Below, one piece after another: positions 56,474 to 64,000 of a stretch of 64,000 nt of DNA (its first letter is position 1; each line of letters begins with the position of its first letter). The position numbers and the translations under genes were made by a program. Origin of the DNA: Planctomycetota bacterium (GTDB lineage Bacteria; Planctomycetota; UBA8108; SXIK01); contig OZ244999.1 in the NCBI GenBank assembly GCA_965223265.1, forward strand, positions 4,512,001 through 4,576,000, in the 5' to 3' direction. The notes beneath the pieces are model-generated. The model had not been told where the DNA came from. It did no database searches and was given only the letters and a program-made list of their open reading frames with translations.

Positions 56474-58528
56474 TCACAGATTGAAGCGCTGCGCGACCGA
56501 TTCTGGAACTGGTGCATAGGACTCTGGCTCGAGACTCAAAGAGCCTCGCCCCTGCGTCAAGGATCGGAGGGTGTTGGAGTAGCCGAAGACTTCCGCCAGC
56601 GGCACGCTGCCGCTGATCATGCGGACTCCATTCTCGAGCTCGACCGAGCGAATCACCGTCCGCCGCTGCGTCAGATCGTTCGACACCGCACCGTAGTATT
56701 CGTCGGGCACCTCGATCTCGACCGCCATCACCGGCTCGAGTAAGGACGTGCCGCTCTTCGCCAAAGCGGCGTCAAAGGCGGCAGATGCAGCAGCAGTGTA
56801 GGCAATCGCTGAACTCTCGGCTGGACGGAACTCGGCGGCTTCGATGGTGGCCTTGAGCTGAATCAGGGGATACCCCAGCGTGCCGCCGGCTTGCAGGGCC
56901 CCTTGTACCCCCTCGACGAGCGCCTCGTGGAACTCAAGCGGCACGTCGTCCTTGCGCACAAGATTCGTCACGCTCGGTTGTGTCTCTTCGGATTGCGGTG
57001 CGACGCTCACGGTCACTTTCGCGAAGTGATTGCGCCCACCGATCTGCCGCTCGAAGGTCGCCTCGTCGGTCGCTGGACGCAAAATGGTTTGACGGTACGC
57101 GACGCGCGGCTTGCCGACCGCCGCGTTGACATGGAACTCACGCAGCAGGCGCTCAACAAGGATTTCCAGGTGCAGCTCCCCCATGCCGCTGGCGATGAGC
57201 TGGCCGGTTTCGTCGTCGCTGTACCAGTGAAACGTGGGATCCTCGCGCGCGAGCTTTTCGAGCGACTCGATGAGCTTGTCGCGATCAGAAATGCTCACGG
57301 GCTCGACCGCCACGGAGACGACGGCGTCCGGGAAGACCGGTGGTTCCAGCAACATCGCACCTGATGCCGGACCGACGCTGTCGCCCGTACTCGTCTCCTT
57401 GAAACCGACGACGGCGATGATCTCCCCAGCGACGGCTTCAGAGAGCGCCTCCCGATGGTTGGCGTGCATGAGGTAGATTTTTTGTGCCCGATCCTTCTTT
57501 TTCGTGCGGCAGTTGTACACCTGCTCACCGGCTTTCAGGCGCCCGGAATAGACACGCAGATAGACGAGGTCGCCGTGCGCATCGGCGACTGTCTTAAACG
57601 CGAGTGCCGCAAGCGGTGCCTCGGGCGTCGTGGCGCGCACCACGGGCTTGCCGCTCTTGGCGTCGCTCCCTGAAACTTCCGGCGCGTCCTCGGGTCCTGG
57701 AAGGTAGTCGCAGACGGCGTCCATGAGCGGCTGCACCCCTTTGTTGCGCAGCGCCGCGCCGCAGAGGACAGGAACCACCTGCCGCGCCAGCGTCCCGACG
57801 CGGAGCGCAGACTTGATGTCGGCGGCACCGATGTCATCGCCGCCGAGGTATTTCTCCAGCAGTCCGTCATCGAATTCAGCCGCGGCTTCAATGAGGCGCT
57901 CGCGCCACGCCTCCGCCTCCTCTTTGCGCTCAGTCGCCACTGGGCTCAGCACGAGTTGCTCTCCCAGTGACTCCGCGTCGAAGCGAATCTCCTGCCATTC
58001 GACGAGGTCGACGACGCCCTCGTACTCCTTCTCGCTACCGATCGGAATCTGTATGGGGACGGCGTTAGCTCCGAGCTTGCTGCGAACCGACTCGACCGTA
58101 CGGAAGAAATCCGCCCCGACGCGGTCGAGCTTGTTGACGAACGCCAGGCGCGGCACGGAGTAGCGGTCTGCCTGACGCCACACCGTCTCTGACTGCGCCT
58201 GCACGCCCGACGTACCACAGAAAACGCCCACAGCGCCATCCAGCACGCGCAGCGCGCGTTCGACCTCGGCGGTGAAGTCGACGTGACCCGGGGTATCGAT
58301 CAGATTGAAGCGAAACCCCTGCCAATAGAACGTTGTCGCGGCCGCAGTGATCGTAATGCCGCGCCTCTGCTCTTCCGGCATCCAGTCCATCGTGGCTGTA
58401 CCAGCATCCACCTCTCCGATGCGGTGCTCCTTGCGGGAGTAGAAGAGCATGCGCTCCGTGACCGTCGTCTTGCCGGCGTCGATGTGCGCAATGATGCCGA
58501 GATTGCGCAGATTCTCTTTCGCTGTCAT
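56474..58528 (-). CDS. fusA: Elongation factor G family GTPase (divergent domain IV)
   Basis: [26 protein letters not shown] and GMGELHL; position after rpsG. Confidence 0.93.
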   Translation of the reverse strand: MTAKENLRNLGIIAHIDAGKTTVTERMLFYSRKEHRIGEVDAGTATMDWMPEEQRRGITITAAATTFYWQGFRFNLIDTPGHVDFTAEVERALRVLDGAVGVFCGTSGVQAQSETVWRQADRYSVPRLAFVNKLDRVGADFFRTVESVRSKLGANAVPIQIPIGSEKEYEGVVDLVEWQEIRFDAESLGEQLVLSPVATERKEEAEAWRERLIEAAAEFDDGLLEKYLGGDDIGAADIKSALRVGTLARQVVPVLCGAALRNKGVQPLMDAVCDYLPGPEDAPEVSGSDAKSGKPVVRATTPEAPLAALAFKTVADAHGDLVYLRVYSGRLKAGEQVYNCRTKKKDRAQKIYLMHANHREALSEAVAGEIIAVVGFKETSTGDSVGPASGAMLLEPPVFPDAVVSVAVEPVSISDRDKLIESLEKLAREDPTFHWYSDDETGQLIASGMGELHLEILVERLLREFHVNAAVGKPRVAYRQTILRPATDEATFERQIGGRNHFAKVTVSVAPQSEETQPSVTNLVRKDDVPLEFHEALVEGVQGALQAGGTLGYPLIQLKATIEAAEFRPAESSAIAYTAAASAAFDAALAKSGTSLLEPVMAVEIEVPDEYYGAVSNDLTQRRTVIRSVELENGVRMISGSVPLAEVFGYSNTLRSLTQGRGSLSLEPESYAPVPESVAQRFNL

Positions 58529-58860
58529 CGAACGACTCGGATGGCTTCGACTTGAATGGCTCGAGGCGGTGATCCCCGTCTCACTCGCTGTTGGCTCAAG
58601 GCGCGAGACCAACAGCAAGAGTCTCGTGGCGGCACGCGAGTCTCGGCAATTTACGCCCGCTCCCGCTCGAGTGCAATCGACAAGTCACGCAGCCGTCCAC
58701 GAGGCCGGGAGGCCGACAGCTGCCCCCTCAAACGCTGCCCGGCACGGGCGCACCAGCGCGGCCCGAGAAAGTCAAAACGTCCCCGGCATGAGAATCGGCT
58801 CGCTCACACCTCGATCTCGGGTCCGCCCACGACCGTCAGCGGCAAAGACTGCAGGCTCGC

Positions 58861-59361
58861 CTACCAGGCAAAGTGTGCGAACAGCTTGTTCGCCTCAGCC
58901 ATCTTGTGCGTGTTCTCACGCCAGGTGATCGACGCGCCCTGCTGGTTGTAGGCGTCGAGCAGCTCTTCGGCGAGTCGCTGCGAGATCGGCTTGCCCTTTT
59001 TGCCGCGGATGTTCCCGACGAGGACGCGAATCGCCAAGGTTTGTTGGCGGCGACCGCTCACTTCCATCGGCACTTGATACGTCGCACCACCGACACGTCG
59101 CGACCGCACTTCAAGCTTCGGCTTGATGTTATTGATCGCGGTCAGAAGGACGTCGAGCGGATCTTGATCCTTGACGCGCTTTGAGATGATGTCCACCGCA
59201 TCGTAGACCACCGTCCGCGCAACCGTCTTCTTACCGTCAAGCATGAGCTGGTTCGTCAGCTTCGACACCACCAGGTTATTGAACTTGGGGTCAGGCTGGA
59301 GAAACCGTTCGGTGGACTTGAACTTGAACTTGGTCTTTTCGACTTTTCGCTTGCGTGCCAT
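58861..59361 (-). CDS. rpsG: 30S ribosomal protein S7
   Basis: RRVGGATYQVP, HKMAEANK. Confidence 0.98.
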   Translation of the reverse strand: MARKRKVEKTKFKFKSTERFLQPDPKFNNLVVSKLTNQLMLDGKKTVARTVVYDAVDIISKRVKDQDPLDVLLTAINNIKPKLEVRSRRVGGATYQVPMEVSGRRQQTLAIRVLVGNIRGKKGKPISQRLAEELLDAYNQQGASITWRENTHKMAEANKLFAHFAW

Positions 59362-59379
59362 GAGCTCTCTACCGCGCGG

Positions 59380-59419
59380 TTACTTTCCGCTCTGTTACTT
59401 TTCTCTTACTTTCCGCTCT
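59380..59419. repeat. 14-bp direct repeat duplicating the rpsL 3' end and stop codon
   Basis: TTACTTTCCGCTCT at 59380 and 59406, with a partial copy between. Confidence 0.8.
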
Positions 59420-59777
59420 TTGTGCCGTACTTAGAACGCCCCTGCTTACGACTGTCCACCCCGGACGTGTCGCGCGTTCCACGAATGATGTGATACCGCA
59501 CGCCTGGCAAATCGCGCACACGGCCACCCCGCACGAGCACGATGGAGTGCTCCTGCAAGTTGTGACCGACGCCTGGGATGTAGGCGGTGATTTCTTTGCC
59601 GTTCGTCAGGCGCACACGAGCGATCTTGCGCAGCGCGGAGTTCGGCTTCTTCGGCGTCATGGTTCTGACTTGAAGGCAAACGCCACGCCGCTGCGGACAA
59701 GACTCGAGGACCGGAGACTTGCTCTTCTTCGTCGTCTTACGACGGCCTTTGCGAACCAACTGGTTGAATGTAGGCAT
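59406..59777 (-). CDS. rpsL: 30S ribosomal protein S12
   Basis: [17 protein letters not shown]. Confidence 0.99.
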   Translation of the reverse strand: MPTFNQLVRKGRRKTTKKSKSPVLESCPQRRGVCLQVRTMTPKKPNSALRKIARVRLTNGKEITAYIPGVGHNLQEHSIVLVRGGRVRDLPGVRYHIIRGTRDTSGVDSRKQGRSKYGTKSGK

Positions 59778-59790
59778 GGGGCTCTTCCGG

Positions 59791-63969
<4,179 letters not shown>

Positions 63970-64000
63970 CTAAAACTCCCTCCTCATCGTGACCCGAATA

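Overview
GC-rich bacterial chromosomal window, most likely Planctomycetota (RpoA starts MRIRWR; planctomycete-type prenyltransferase-repeat and dockerin-like proteins). Almost all genes lie on the minus strand. The right part (40.8-64 kb) is the core rpoC-str-S10-spc-alpha ribosomal superoperon. It lacks tuf, rpmD, adk and rpsD and carries a divergent EF-G and IF-1. The left part holds smc, nrdR, mnmE, yidC, a very long pentapeptide-repeat protein, two unusual sigma54 enhancer-binding-like proteins, nnrE, a GspC-like protein and a lipoprotein truncated by the window edge. The standout is a 15-kb block (21970-37146) of five tandem exported, non-enzymatic proteins. Each carries 2-4 cohesin-like modules plus a C-terminal Cys-containing dockerin-like domain, and one is a 1945-aa lipoprotein. 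Each gene has its own sigma70-like promoter and four have a strong terminator. This is a candidate self-assembling, enzyme-free cohesin-dockerin surface scaffold. All domain calls are by eye; no searches were run.
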